Below are positions 35,863 through 45,883 of a stretch of 64,000 nucleotides of DNA, in pieces; positions within the stretch are counted from its first letter, which is position 1, and every line of letters starts with the position of its first letter. The position numbers were made by a program, and so were the translations under genes. The stretch is from a phage. The notes under the pieces were generated by a model. It was not told the origin of the DNA, searched no databases, and saw only the letters and a program-made list of their open reading frames with translations. The stretch lies in NCBI GenBank assembly GCA_016390365.1, contig GCA_016390365.1_3043.1, one strand, 5' to 3'.

Positions 35863-38559
35863 ATGAAAGAATTTTATATCTCTATTGAAACAGTCGGAAA
35901 TAACATTGTTGAACGTTATATTGATGAAAACGGAAAGGAACGTACTCGTGAAGTAGAATATCTTCCGACTATGTTTAGGCATTGTAAGGAAGAGTCAAAA
36001 TACAAAGACATCTATGGTAAAAATTGTGCTCCTCAAAAATTTCCATCAATGAAAGATGCACGAGACTGGATGAAACGAATGGAAGACATTGGTCTCGAAG
36101 CTCTCGGTATGAACGATTTTAAACTCGCTTATATCAGTGATACATATGGTTCAGAAATTGTTTATGACCGAAAATTTGTTCGTGTAGCTAACTGTGACAT
36201 TGAGGTTACTGGTGATAAATTTCCTGACCCAATGAAAGCAGAATATGAAATTGATGCTATCACTCATTATGATTCAATTGACGATCGTTTTTACGTCTTT
36301 GATTTGTTGAATTCAATGTACGGTTCAGTATCAAAATGGGATGCAAAGTTAGCTGCTAAGCTTGACTGTGAAGGTGGTGATGAAGTTCCTCAAGAAATTC
36401 TTGACCGAGTAATTTATATGCCATTCGATAATGAGCGTGATATGCTCATGGAATATATCAATCTTTGGGAACAGAAACGACCTGCTATTTTTACCGGTTG
36501 GAATATTGAGGGATTTGACGTTCCGTATATCATGAATCGCGTTAAAATGGTTCTCGGTGAACGCAGTATGAAACGTTTCTCTCCAATCGGTCGAGTAAAA
36601 TCTAAACTAATTCAAAATATGTACGGTAGCAAAGAAATTTATTCTATTGATGGCGTATCTATTCTTGATTATTTAGATTTGTACAAGAAATTCGCTTTTA
36701 CTAATTTGCCGTCATTCTCTTTGGAATCAGTTGCTCAACATGAAACCAAAAAAGGTAAATTACCATACGACGGTCCTATTAATAAACTTCGTGAGACTAA
36801 TCATCAACGATACATTAGTTATAACATCATTGACGTAGAATCAGTTCAAGCAATTGATAAAATTCGCGGGTTTATCGATCTAGTTTTAAGTATGTCTTAT
36901 TACGCTAAAATGCCTTTTTCTGGTGTAATGAGTCCTATTAAAACCTGGGATGCTATTATTTTTAACTCATTGAAAGGTGAACATAAGGTTATTCCTCAAC
37001 AAGGTTCGCACGTTAAACAGAGTTTTCCGGGTGCATTTGTGTTTGAACCTAAACCAATTGCTCGTCGATATATTATGAGTTTTGACTTGACGTCTCTATA
37101 TCCTAGCATTATTCGTCAGGTTAACATTAGTCCTGAAACTATTCGTGGACAATTTAAAGTTCATCCAATTCATGAATATATCGCAGGAACAGCTCCTAAA
37201 CCGAGTGATGAATATTCTTGTTCTCCGAATGGATGGATGTATGATAAGCATCAAGAAGGTATCATTCCAAAGGAAATCGCTAAAGTATTTTTCCAGCGTA
37301 AAGACTGGAAAAAGAAAATGTTCGCTGAAGAAATGAATGCCGAAGCTATTAAAAAGATTATTATGAAAGGCGCAGGGTCTTGTTCAACTAAACCAGAAGT
37401 TGAACGATATGTTAAGTTCAGTGATGATTTCTTAAATGAACTATCGAATTATACTGAATCTGTTCTCAATAGTCTGATTGAGGAATGTGAAAAAGCAGCT
37501 ACACTTGCTAATACAAATCAGCTGAACCGTAAAATTCTTATTAACAGTCTTTATGGTGCTCTTGGTAATATTCATTTCCGTTACTATGATTTGCGAAATG
37601 CTACTGCTATCACAATTTTCGGCCAAGTTGGTATTCAGTGGATTGCTCGTAAAATTAATGAATATCTGAATAAAGTATGCGGAACCAATGGCGAAGATTT
37701 CATCGCAGCAGGTGATACTGATTCGGTATATGTTTGTGTAGATAAAGTTATTGAAAAAGTTGGTCTTGACCGATTCAAAGAGCAGAACGATTTAGTTGAA
37801 TTCATGAATCAGTTCGGTAAGAAAAAGATGGAACCTATGATTGATGTTGCATATCGTGAGTTATGTGATTATATGAATAACCGCGAGCATCTGATGCATA
37901 TGGACCGTGAAGCTATTTCTTGCCCTCCACTTGGTTCAAAGGGCGTTGGTGGATTTTGGAAAGCGAAAAAGCGTTATGCTCTGAACGTTTATGATATGGA
38001 AGATAAGCGATTTGCTGAACCGCATCTAAAAATCATGGGTATGGAAACTCAGCAGAGTTCAACGCCCAAAGCGGTCCAAGAAGCTCTCGAAGAAAGTATT
38101 CGTCGTATTCTTCAGGAAGGTGAAGAGTCTGTCCAAGAATATTACAAGAACTTCGAGAAAGAATATCGTCAACTCGACTATAAAGTTATTGCTGAAGTAA
38201 AAACTGCGAACGATATAGCGAAATATGATGATAAAGGTTGGCCAGGATTTAAATGTCCGTTCCATATTCGTGGTGTGCTAACTTATCGTCGAGCTGTTAG
38301 CGGTTTAGGTGTAGCTCCAATTTTGGATGGAAATAAAGTAATGGTTCTTCCATTGCGTGAAGGAAATCCATTTGGTGACAAATGCATTGCTTGGCCGTCG
38401 GGTACAGAACTTCCAAAAGAAATTCGTTCTGACGTACTGTCTTGGATTGACTACTCAACTTTGTTCCAAAAATCGTTTGTTAAACCGCTTGCGGGCATGT
38501 GTGAATCGGCTGGTATGGACTATGAAGAAAAAGCTTCGTTAGACTTCCTGTTTGGCTGA
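35863..38559 (+). CDS. 43: DNA polymerase gp43 (family B)
   Basis: 898 aa; exo motifs and polymerase motifs SLYPS, YGDTDS. Confidence 0.97.
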   Translation: MKEFYISIETVGNNIVERYIDENGKERTREVEYLPTMFRHCKEESKYKDIYGKNCAPQKFPSMKDARDWMKRMEDIGLEALGMNDFKLAYISDTYGSEIVYDRKFVRVANCDIEVTGDKFPDPMKAEYEIDAITHYDSIDDRFYVFDLLNSMYGSVSKWDAKLAAKLDCEGGDEVPQEILDRVIYMPFDNERDMLMEYINLWEQKRPAIFTGWNIEGFDVPYIMNRVKMVLGERSMKRFSPIGRVKSKLIQNMYGSKEIYSIDGVSILDYLDLYKKFAFTNLPSFSLESVAQHETKKGKLPYDGPINKLRETNHQRYISYNIIDVESVQAIDKIRGFIDLVLSMSYYAKMPFSGVMSPIKTWDAIIFNSLKGEHKVIPQQGSHVKQSFPGAFVFEPKPIARRYIMSFDLTSLYPSIIRQVNISPETIRGQFKVHPIHEYIAGTAPKPSDEYSCSPNGWMYDKHQEGIIPKEIAKVFFQRKDWKKKMFAEEMNAEAIKKIIMKGAGSCSTKPEVERYVKFSDDFLNELSNYTESVLNSLIEECEKAATLANTNQLNRKILINSLYGALGNIHFRYYDLRNATAITIFGQVGIQWIARKINEYLNKVCGTNGEDFIAAGDTDSVYVCVDKVIEKVGLDRFKEQNDLVEFMNQFGKKKMEPMIDVAYRELCDYMNNREHLMHMDREAISCPPLGSKGVGGFWKAKKRYALNVYDMEDKRFAEPHLKIMGMETQQSSTPKAVQEALEESIRRILQEGEESVQEYYKNFEKEYRQLDYKVIAEVKTANDIAKYDDKGWPGFKCPFHIRGVLTYRRAVSGLGVAPILDGNKVMVLPLREGNPFGDKCIAWPSGTELPKEIRSDVLSWIDYSTLFQKSFVKPLAGMCESAGMDYEEKASLDFLFG

Positions 38560-38571
38560 TAGAATAAATCT

Positions 38572-38593
38572 AGGGACCTCCGGGTCCCTTTTT
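38572..38593 (+). terminator. rho-independent terminator
   Basis: gggacc-tccg-ggtccc followed by T5. Confidence 0.8.
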
Positions 38594-38671
38594 CATACAA
38601 GTAATATAAATCTATACTTAGGAAAAATAGATGATTCTGGACCCTTTGGATTCATTAAAATTTTTTCACAA

Positions 38672-38742
38672 AACTGTTTACATCCCTGTTCTTCCATGGT
38701 ACTATACAACTATCAACTACTGATACAGATTTGGAGAATAAA
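38672..38742 (+). promoter_or_regulatory. early promoter plus conserved leader (PeSL-like cassette)
   Basis: gtttac 38676-38681; core TGGTACTATACAACTATCAACT and leader GATTTGGAGAATAAAATGAAAA shared with 12345..12392. Confidence 0.55.
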
Positions 38743-38979
38743 ATGAAAATTGTTATGGGATGCTTAGCAGTTTGTTTAGTTGCATTAGCAGCAGTTCCAT
38801 TTGTTAGTGTTGAAAATGATACTCAACCTGTGATTGAATCTAGCACTGTTATTCACACTAATGGTAAAATATCAGTTAAAATTGATGATAATCTTCATGC
38901 GAATACAAATGGATCTTTAGGTGTGCAAATGGGTAATACCTGCATAAGCACTACTGGAGTAATTACTACTTGCATTTGA
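38743..38979 (+). CDS. hypothetical secreted small protein
   Basis: start ATG 38743; signal peptide MKIVMGCLAVCLVALAAVPFVSV. Confidence 0.5.
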   Translation: MKIVMGCLAVCLVALAAVPFVSVENDTQPVIESSTVIHTNGKISVKIDDNLHANTNGSLGVQMGNTCISTTGVITTCI

Positions 38980-38989
38980 GGAAATTATT

Positions 38990-39370
38990 ATGAAAATCGC
39001 TATTTTGGTTATTGCATTAGGTCTTACTGGTTGTGTAGCTCAAGGACCGGTAGTAAATCAGTCTGATGTAGGAAAAATTGTAAACTGTTCAAGCAAGTTT
39101 TATAATCCTAATGTCAAGTGTTATAAAGAAGCTCCAAAACAGACAGTAGAACAAATGCAGGCGAATTTTGACGAAGCTATTCGTCCAGATGAATCTGCTC
39201 AAGCATATCGTAATTCTGATGTAATTACACGCGAAGAAAAAATTGAAAACTACTGCGCCGAAATTTGGGCTAATTGGGCTAATAATTACCAATGGCGTAC
39301 TGGTAAAAATGCTCCGATGGAGTATGTAGTGAATTCTTATAATTCATGTGTAAAAAATTTGACTAAGTGA
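38990..39370 (+). CDS. hypothetical lipoprotein
   Basis: signal peptide with lipobox LTGC (MKIAILVIALGLTGC). Confidence 0.55.
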   Translation: MKIAILVIALGLTGCVAQGPVVNQSDVGKIVNCSSKFYNPNVKCYKEAPKQTVEQMQANFDEAIRPDESAQAYRNSDVITREEKIENYCAEIWANWANNYQWRTGKNAPMEYVVNSYNSCVKNLTK

Positions 39371-39377
39371 GGAAAAC

Positions 39378-39629
39378 ATGGAAACTTTAGTAGCAGGTTC
39401 AATTTTTATGGTTTTAGTTTCAGGTGTGTTGGCTATTATTATATACATGCTTCCATGGTTCATCGCCTTGATGCGTGGGTCAAAATCAACAGTAGGAATC
39501 TTTTTCACGTCTTTACTGTTTAACTGGTCAATTATTGGTTGGTTTATTACATTTATTTGGTCAATTGCGGGTGAAACTAAAAAGTCTGCACAACCAAATC
39601 AGGTAATTATCATCAGAGAGAAGGAATGA
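39378..39629 (+). CDS. imm: superinfection immunity membrane protein Imm
   Basis: 83 aa, two hydrophobic TM segments; position between 43 and 42. Confidence 0.7.
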   Translation: METLVAGSIFMVLVSGVLAIIIYMLPWFIALMRGSKSTVGIFFTSLLFNWSIIGWFITFIWSIAGETKKSAQPNQVIIIREKE

Positions 39630-39775
39630 AAAGCAAAATTATAACAGTGTTGCTTTTAATCTTGATGATTATAATAAGTATATACTATAGTGTAACGGTT
39701 CCTCTTATGATTCCAACTATTATTTTAGGTTGGAGCTTATTACTGTTACAAGTTAAATATGAATGTATCAATTGA
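39626..39775 (+). CDS. hypothetical small membrane protein
   Basis: 49-aa hydrophobic ORF, ATGA coupling to imm; not in track. Confidence 0.35.
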   Translation: MKSKIITVLLLILMIIISIYYSVTVPLMIPTIILGWSLLLLQVKYECIN

Positions 39776-39782
39776 GGTTTAA

Positions 39783-40523
39783 ATGATTAGTGACTCTATG
39801 ACAGTTGAAGAAATCCGTCTTCATTTGGGGCTTGCATTAAAAGAAAAAGATTTCGTAGTTGATAAAACCGGTGTTAAAACTATTGAAATTATTGGCGCAT
39901 CATTTGTAGCAGATGAACCGTTTATTTTTGGCGCTCTTAATGATGAATACATTCAGCGCGAACTTGAATGGTATAAATCTAAGAGCTTGTTTGTTAAAGA
40001 TATTCCAGGTGAAACACCAAAGATTTGGCAGCAGGTAGCATCTTCTAAAGGCGAAATTAACTCGAATTATGGTTGGGCTATTTGGTCAGAAGATAACTAT
40101 GCCCAGTATGATATGTGTTTAGCTGAACTTGGTCAAAATCCTGATTCTCGGCGTGGTATCATGATTTATACTCGTCCATCCATGCAATTTGACTACAATA
40201 AAGATGGTATGTCAGATTTCATGTGTACTAATACAGTACAGTACCTGATTCGTGATAAGAAAGTCAATGCAGTAGTAAGCATGCGCTCAAATGACGTGGT
40301 CTTCGGATTCCGTAATGATTATGCATGGCAAAAATATGTATTAGATAAATTAGTATCTGATTTGAATGCAGGCGATTCAACTCGTCAGTATAAAGCAGGT
40401 TCTATTATATGGAATGTTGGAAGTCTTCATGTATATTCTCGTCATTTTTACTTGGTTGATCATTGGTGGAATACTGGCGAAACTCATATTGTGAAAAAAG
40501 ATTATAACGGTGAGTGGAAATGA
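39783..40523 (+). CDS. 42: dCMP hydroxymethylase gp42
   Basis: 246 aa; thymidylate-synthase-like fold; matches recalled T4 gp42. Confidence 0.95.
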   Translation: MISDSMTVEEIRLHLGLALKEKDFVVDKTGVKTIEIIGASFVADEPFIFGALNDEYIQRELEWYKSKSLFVKDIPGETPKIWQQVASSKGEINSNYGWAIWSEDNYAQYDMCLAELGQNPDSRRGIMIYTRPSMQFDYNKDGMSDFMCTNTVQYLIRDKKVNAVVSMRSNDVVFGFRNDYAWQKYVLDKLVSDLNAGDSTRQYKAGSIIWNVGSLHVYSRHFYLVDHWWNTGETHIVKKDYNGEWK

Positions 40524-41362
40524 TTCAATTCGTAATTCCAAGCTATCAACGTGTAGGGGCAGTTTCTGCCCTTGATATGTTTCCGACTGATTATGAACCT
40601 CATATCGTAGTACGTGAACATGAAGAAAAAGCTTATTATGATGCCTATGGGTCTAGAGCTAAAATTATAACTATTCCTGATGATGTAAACGGAATTGCCG
40701 GTACTCGTAAAGCAATTACTGATATGTATGCAGGTCAACGAATCTGGATGATTGACGATGATACTACTATTCGTATGAGTTTAATGCGAAAAAGAGATGA
40801 CCGTCGTTGTGTAGATAAAGTCAATCAATTGACTCGTGAACAGTTCTATGAATTGATTCAATATGTTGAGGATGCCATGGATTGCGGGTATTATCATGGC
40901 CATGCTCGTCTACCAATTTTTAAAATTACTTCATCTTGGGGTAATTATCGTGAAAATTCATATGGATTTACGAATACATGGTATGACCTCGGAAAACTTA
41001 CGACAGAACAAATTGGGTATGGAAAAATTGATTTATGCGAAGATATGTATGCATTTCTCAATTTAATTAATCAAGGTTATCCGCATTTGGCCTTGTTCAA
41101 ATATCTGGTTGTATCTGGAAAAGCACAAGCTCCTGGCGGGTGTAGTTCAATTCGTAGTAATTCTAAACATAATAGAGCGCTTGAGCAAATCAATAGAGAG
41201 TTTCCAGAGCAAGCTCGTTGGAAAACTTCTAATATCGAAAAACGAAAATCGTTGGGTGAAGAAGACGAGCCATTAAAGGTTCTTCGCATGTGTGTTTCGC
41301 GCAAAGAAAAATCAGAAGCATTTCATAAGTTTAATGCTATTCATCCGATAGCAGTTGATTAA
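40520..41362 (+). CDS. DNA glucosyltransferase, GT-A-like with DxD motif (beta-alpha-gt type rather than T4 beta-gt)
   Basis: 280 aa with IWMIDDDTTI DxD motif; occupies the bgt slot between 42 and uvsX but does not resemble T4 beta-gt. Confidence 0.6.
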   Translation: MIQFVIPSYQRVGAVSALDMFPTDYEPHIVVREHEEKAYYDAYGSRAKIITIPDDVNGIAGTRKAITDMYAGQRIWMIDDDTTIRMSLMRKRDDRRCVDKVNQLTREQFYELIQYVEDAMDCGYYHGHARLPIFKITSSWGNYRENSYGFTNTWYDLGKLTTEQIGYGKIDLCEDMYAFLNLINQGYPHLALFKYLVVSGKAQAPGGCSSIRSNSKHNRALEQINREFPEQARWKTSNIEKRKSLGEEDEPLKVLRMCVSRKEKSEAFHKFNAIHPIAVD

Positions 41363-41439
41363 TGCCTAAATTTATTGTGTTATAATTACTCTATCTTTAA
41401 CCAGTGAGGAAAATATAATGATGCCTATGGAAAAAATGA

Positions 41440-42621
41440 ATGTCTATTGCAGATTTAAAATCCCGTTTGATTAAAGCTTCCACTTCTAAAATGACTGCTG
41501 AACTGACTACATCTAAATTCTTTAATGAAAAGGATGTAATTCGTACAAAAATTCCAATGCTTAATATTGCTATTTCTGGTGCGATTGATGGCGGCATGCA
41601 GTCTGGTTTAACTATTTTCGCAGGGCCTTCTAAACACTTTAAATCAAATATGTCTTTGACTATGGTTGCGGCGTATTTGAACAAATATCCTGACGCGGTT
41701 TGTCTATTCTATGATAGTGAATTTGGTATTACTCCAGCTTATTTGCGATCCATGGGAGTTGACCCGGAACGAGTAATTCATACGCCAATCCAGTCAGTTG
41801 AACAGCTGAAAATTGATATGGTGAATCAGCTTGAAGCTATTGAGCGCGGTGAAAAAGTTATTGTATTCATCGACTCAATTGGTAATATGGCTTCTAAGAA
41901 AGAAACGGAAGATGCCTTGAATGAAAAATCTGTGGCAGATATGACTCGTGCTAAATCACTGAAGTCATTATTCCGTATTGTTACTCCTTACTTTAGCATT
42001 AAAAATATTCCATGTGTTGCGGTTAACCATACAATTGAAACAATTGAAATGTTTAGTAAAACCGTGATGACAGGTGGTACAGGCGTAATGTATTCGGCTG
42101 ATACCGTATTCATTATCGGTAAGCGTCAGATTAAAGATGGTTCTGATCTTCAGGGGTATCAATTTGTTCTAAATGTAGAAAAATCTCGTACCGTTAAAGA
42201 AAAAAGTAAATTCTTTATTGATGTTAAATTTGACGGTGGTATCGATCCTTATTCTGGATTGTTAGATATGGCTCTAGAATTAGGATTTGTAGTAAAACCT
42301 AAAAATGGCTGGTATGCTCGTGAATTTCTTGACGAAGAAACCGGCGAGATGATTCGCGAAGAAAAATCTTGGCGTGCAAAAGATACTAACTGCACTACAT
42401 TCTGGGGTCCTTTATTTAAGCATCAACCATTCCGAGATGCTATTAAACGTGCTTATCAGTTAGGTGCTATTGATAGTAATGAAATTGTTGAAGCTGAAGT
42501 CGATGAATTGATTAACTCAAAGGTTGAAAAATTTAAATCTCCAGAAAGTAAAAGTAAATCAGCTGCTGATTTAGAAACTGACCTCGAGCAGTTAAGTGAT
42601 ATGGAAGAATTTAATGAATAA
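41440..42621 (+). CDS. uvsX: RecA-like recombinase UvsX
   Basis: 393 aa; Walker A GPSKHFKS; closely matches recalled T4 UvsX. Confidence 0.95.
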   Translation: MSIADLKSRLIKASTSKMTAELTTSKFFNEKDVIRTKIPMLNIAISGAIDGGMQSGLTIFAGPSKHFKSNMSLTMVAAYLNKYPDAVCLFYDSEFGITPAYLRSMGVDPERVIHTPIQSVEQLKIDMVNQLEAIERGEKVIVFIDSIGNMASKKETEDALNEKSVADMTRAKSLKSLFRIVTPYFSIKNIPCVAVNHTIETIEMFSKTVMTGGTGVMYSADTVFIIGKRQIKDGSDLQGYQFVLNVEKSRTVKEKSKFFIDVKFDGGIDPYSGLLDMALELGFVVKPKNGWYAREFLDEETGEMIREEKSWRAKDTNCTTFWGPLFKHQPFRDAIKRAYQLGAIDSNEIVEAEVDELINSKVEKFKSPESKSKSAADLETDLEQLSDMEEFNE

Positions 42622-42958
42622 AGATGATTTAGATTTAGATCTAGAAATTATCGATGAATCCCCCTCTTCGGAGGGGGAAGAAGAAAGAAAAGAACGTCTT
42701 TTTAATGAATCTCTTAAGATAATTAAATCCGCTATGGAAAATGTTATCCAGGAGATTGTCATTAAACTAGAAGATGGTTCTACACATATAGTGTATGTAA
42801 CTAAACTGGATTGGGTTGATGGAAAGGTTGTAATGGACTTTGCTGTTCTTGACCAAGAAAGAAAAGCTGAGTTAGCTCCTCATGTAGAAAAATGTATTAC
42901 AATGCAACTACAAGATGCATTTAATAAAAGGTCAAAGAAAAAGTTTAAATTCTTTTAA
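42614..42958 (+). CDS. 40: head vertex assembly chaperone gp40
   Basis: start ATG 42614 overlapping uvsX stop; acidic N-terminus. Confidence 0.75.
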   Translation: MNKDDLDLDLEIIDESPSSEGEEERKERLFNESLKIIKSAMENVIQEIVIKLEDGSTHIVYVTKLDWVDGKVVMDFAVLDQERKAELAPHVEKCITMQLQDAFNKRSKKKFKFF

Positions 42959-42967
42959 GGAGTAAGT

Positions 42968-44395
42968 GTGGTAGAAATTATTCTTTCTCATCTTATATTT
43001 GATCAAGCTTATTTTTCAAAAGTTTGGCCATATATGGATTCAGAATATTTTGAAAGTGGTCCAGCTAAAAATACATTCAAATTAATTAAATCTCATGTTA
43101 ATGAGTACCATAGCGTTCCATCTATTAATGCGTTAAATGTTGCATTAGAAAATAGTTCATTTACTGAAACAGAATATTCTGGTGTAAAAACACTTATTTC
43201 GAAACTAGCCGATTCTCCAGAAGACCATAGCTGGTTAGTAAAAGAAACAGAAAAATATGTTCAGCAAAGGGCGATGTTTAATGCTACGTCTAAAATAATT
43301 GAAATTCAAACTAATGCTGAGCTTCCTCCGGAAAAACGAAATAAGAAAATGCCAGATGTAGGTGCTATTCCTGACATCATGCGCCAAGCATTATCAATTT
43401 CATTTGATAGTTACGTTGGTCATGATTGGATGGATGACTACGAAGCACGTTGGCTATCTTATATGAATAAAGCTCGTAAGGTTCCATTTAGACTCAAAAT
43501 TCTAAATAAAATTACTAAAGGTGGAGCTGAAACTGGAACACTGAACGTTTTAATGGCTGGTGTTAACGTCGGTAAGTCATTAGGTCTGTGTTCATTGGCA
43601 GCAGATTATTTGCAGCTCGGACATAATGTTCTTTACATTTCCATGGAAATGGCAGAAGAAGTCTGTGCTAAGCGTATTGATGCTAATATGCTTGATGTTT
43701 CTCTTGATGACATTGATGACGGGCATATTTCTTACGCTGAGTATAAAGGAAAAATGGAAAAATGGCGCGAGAAATCTACTCTCGGTCGTTTAATAGTTAA
43801 ACAGTATCCTACTGGTGGAGCAGATGCTAATACATTTCGATCGCTTTTAAACGAATTAAAGCTCAAGAAGAATTTTGTTCCAACAATCATTATTGTCGAC
43901 TATCTGGGTATTTGTAAATCTTGCCGCATTAGAGTTTACTCAGAAAATAGTTACACAACTGTTAAAGCCATTGCAGAGGAATTACGTGCTCTTGCTGTTG
44001 AAACCGAAACTGTTCTTTGGACTGCAGCACAGGTTGGTAAACAAGCTTGGGATTCTTCTGATGTTAACATGAGCGATATTGCAGAATCTGCCGGTCTTCC
44101 AGCAACAGCTGATTTTATGCTTGCGGTCATTGAAACCGAGGAGTTAGCAGCTGCTGAACAACAACTTATTAAGCAAATCAAATCACGATATGGTGATAAG
44201 AATAAATGGAATAAGTTTTTGATGGGTGTTCAAAAAGGAAATCAGAAATGGGTAGAAATTGAACAAGATTCTACTCCAACTGAAGTGATTGAGGTAGCAG
44301 GTTCACAACAGATACAAGCTGAACAGAATCGCTATCAAAGAAATGAATCGACTCGAGCTCAGTTAGATGCTTTGGCAAATGAATTAAAATTTTAG
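42968..44395 (+). CDS. 41: replicative DNA helicase gp41 (DnaB-like)
   Basis: 475 aa, GTG start; Walker A GVNVGKS. Confidence 0.95.
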   Translation: MVEIILSHLIFDQAYFSKVWPYMDSEYFESGPAKNTFKLIKSHVNEYHSVPSINALNVALENSSFTETEYSGVKTLISKLADSPEDHSWLVKETEKYVQQRAMFNATSKIIEIQTNAELPPEKRNKKMPDVGAIPDIMRQALSISFDSYVGHDWMDDYEARWLSYMNKARKVPFRLKILNKITKGGAETGTLNVLMAGVNVGKSLGLCSLAADYLQLGHNVLYISMEMAEEVCAKRIDANMLDVSLDDIDDGHISYAEYKGKMEKWREKSTLGRLIVKQYPTGGADANTFRSLLNELKLKKNFVPTIIIVDYLGICKSCRIRVYSENSYTTVKAIAEELRALAVETETVLWTAAQVGKQAWDSSDVNMSDIAESAGLPATADFMLAVIETEELAAAEQQLIKQIKSRYGDKNKWNKFLMGVQKGNQKWVEIEQDSTPTEVIEVAGSQQIQAEQNRYQRNESTRAQLDALANELKF

Positions 44396-44426
44396 TTTAC
44401 AAGCTGACAAGACTATGGTATAGTAG
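44392..44426 (+). promoter_or_regulatory. early promoter with stem-loop around -10
   Basis: gtttac 44395-44400; inverted repeat acaagact/agtcttgt flanks atggtatagt. Confidence 0.55.
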
Positions 44427-44453
44427 TCTTGTTGGTTAAATGAGGAGATTGTT

Positions 44454-44636
44454 ATGGAATTGGTAAAGGTAGTTTTTATGGGGTGGTTTAAGAATGAAAG
44501 CATGTTTACTAAAGAAACCACAATGATGAAAGATGACGTTCAATGGGCTACTACTCAATATGCTGAAGTTAATAAAGCATTAGTTAAAGCTTTCATTGAT
44601 GACAAGAAAGTATGTGAAGTTGATTGCCGAGGATAA
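44454..44636 (+). CDS. dmd: Dmd, antitoxin against RnlA/LsoA
   Basis: 60 aa MELVKVVFMGWFKNESMFTKE... matches recalled T4 Dmd. Confidence 0.9.
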   Translation: MELVKVVFMGWFKNESMFTKETTMMKDDVQWATTQYAEVNKALVKAFIDDKKVCEVDCRG

Positions 44637-44637
44637 T

Positions 44638-44895
44638 ATGCATATTGTTTTATTTAAACCTACACCGTATAACATCAGGAAAAATACTCAATTCAAAGCA
44701 CTTATTGCAGATACGTGGGAATTGGTGTTAGATATTCCACCAGAAGAAAGTCCTCCATCTGGTCGAGTGGAATTTATTAAGTTTGCTGTACGTCCTACGA
44801 AGCGACAGATTCGCCAATGCAAAAGATACTTTCGTAAAATCGTCAAGCTAGAGAAACAGTTTGTAACATGTGATTACGCAGAAGTTTTAAAATAA
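44638..44895 (+). CDS. 61.4-like small protein (possibly TifA-like anti-ToxIN factor)
   Basis: start ATG 44638 after SD gagga; synteny dmd-61.4-sp; TifA identity from memory only. Confidence 0.5.
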   Translation: MHIVLFKPTPYNIRKNTQFKALIADTWELVLDIPPEESPPSGRVEFIKFAVRPTKRQIRQCKRYFRKIVKLEKQFVTCDYAEVLK

Positions 44896-44955
44896 CTATT
44901 TACTTTTGTTGGAAATTGAGATATTATATAAACATAAACTACCGAGGAGATTATC

Positions 44956-45249
44956 ATGAAAAAATTTATCTTTGCTGCAATTTTTGCTTTAGCTTCTTGC
45001 GCTGCTCAACCTGCCATGGCAGGCTATGATAAAGATTTGTGCGAATGGTCTATGACTGCGGATCAGACTGAGGTTGAAACTCAAATTGAAGCAGATATTA
45101 TGAATATCGTTGAGCGCGATCGCCCCGAAATGAAAGCTGAAGTGCAAAAACAGCTTAAGTCTGGTGGTGTAATGCAGTATAATTATGTTCTGTATTGCGA
45201 TAAAAACTTTAATAATAAAAATATCGTAACCGAAATCACAGGCGAATAA
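44956..45249 (+). CDS. sp: Spackle periplasmic protein Sp
   Basis: 97 aa MKKFIFAAIFALASCAAQPAMAGYDKDLCEW matches recalled T4 Sp. Confidence 0.9.
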   Translation: MKKFIFAAIFALASCAAQPAMAGYDKDLCEWSMTADQTEVETQIEADIMNIVERDRPEMKAEVQKQLKSGGVMQYNYVLYCDKNFNNKNIVTEITGE

Positions 45250-45250
45250 T

Positions 45251-45883
45251 ATGATTTATTATATGCACAAAAATCCACCGTTTAAATACGGTAAATTTCC
45301 TGATGCACAATGTTATAATATAACGCCTGATGAAAATAACCGTGGATATCTTATTGGCACAATTTTTGTAATTGTTAAAGATAACGAAATCGTTGCCTGG
45401 GCAGATTTTAAAGGTACAACATATGATGTTAATCCGGTGCCTTTCACATATTACAATTTAATGGATTTGGCATACGATTATAATTGGTTTAATCATGATA
45501 CTTTGGCTCATATTGAAGGTGTAGGATTTGATATTTCATATTCGGAATACACTTTAAGCCCTATGAGTCGAGCCCATAAAGAACCTGAATATTTTTCATT
45601 TAGGAAACGTGTAAACTTTAAACGCAGCACAGAGTATGTCGGTGGAATTTTTGTTAAAGATAATCGAATTATTCGTATTAATTATCCTTTGAGCGTTAGT
45701 CAAAAAGATATTGATGTTGATTTAGATTTCACTGAAAATAATATTAATAATATTGCTTCTGTGTATTTTGGTATCGATCACAAAATTGTAATATGTGGAT
45801 ATGAATTACCGTTTGAAGAACAGCCTAAAGTAAAAGTTTCTATTGACGATCAAATTTTTAATGCTTTTATGAATAAAGGTTAA
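45251..45883 (+). CDS. 61.2-like protein with internal repeats
   Basis: 210 aa; repeated VKDN-containing motifs; C-terminus IDDQIFNAFMNKG. Confidence 0.6.
   Translation: MIYYMHKNPPFKYGKFPDAQCYNITPDENNRGYLIGTIFVIVKDNEIVAWADFKGTTYDVNPVPFTYYNLMDLAYDYNWFNHDTLAHIEGVGFDISYSEYTLSPMSRAHKEPEYFSFRKRVNFKRSTEYVGGIFVKDNRIIRINYPLSVSQKDIDVDLDFTENNINNIASVYFGIDHKIVICGYELPFEEQPKVKVSIDDQIFNAFMNKG

Noticed and set aside
41418-41474. Short upstream ORF MMPMEKMNVYCRFKIPFD overlapping the uvsX start
   Set aside because: Too short and out of frame with uvsX; likely a fortuitous ATG cluster in the ribosome-binding region
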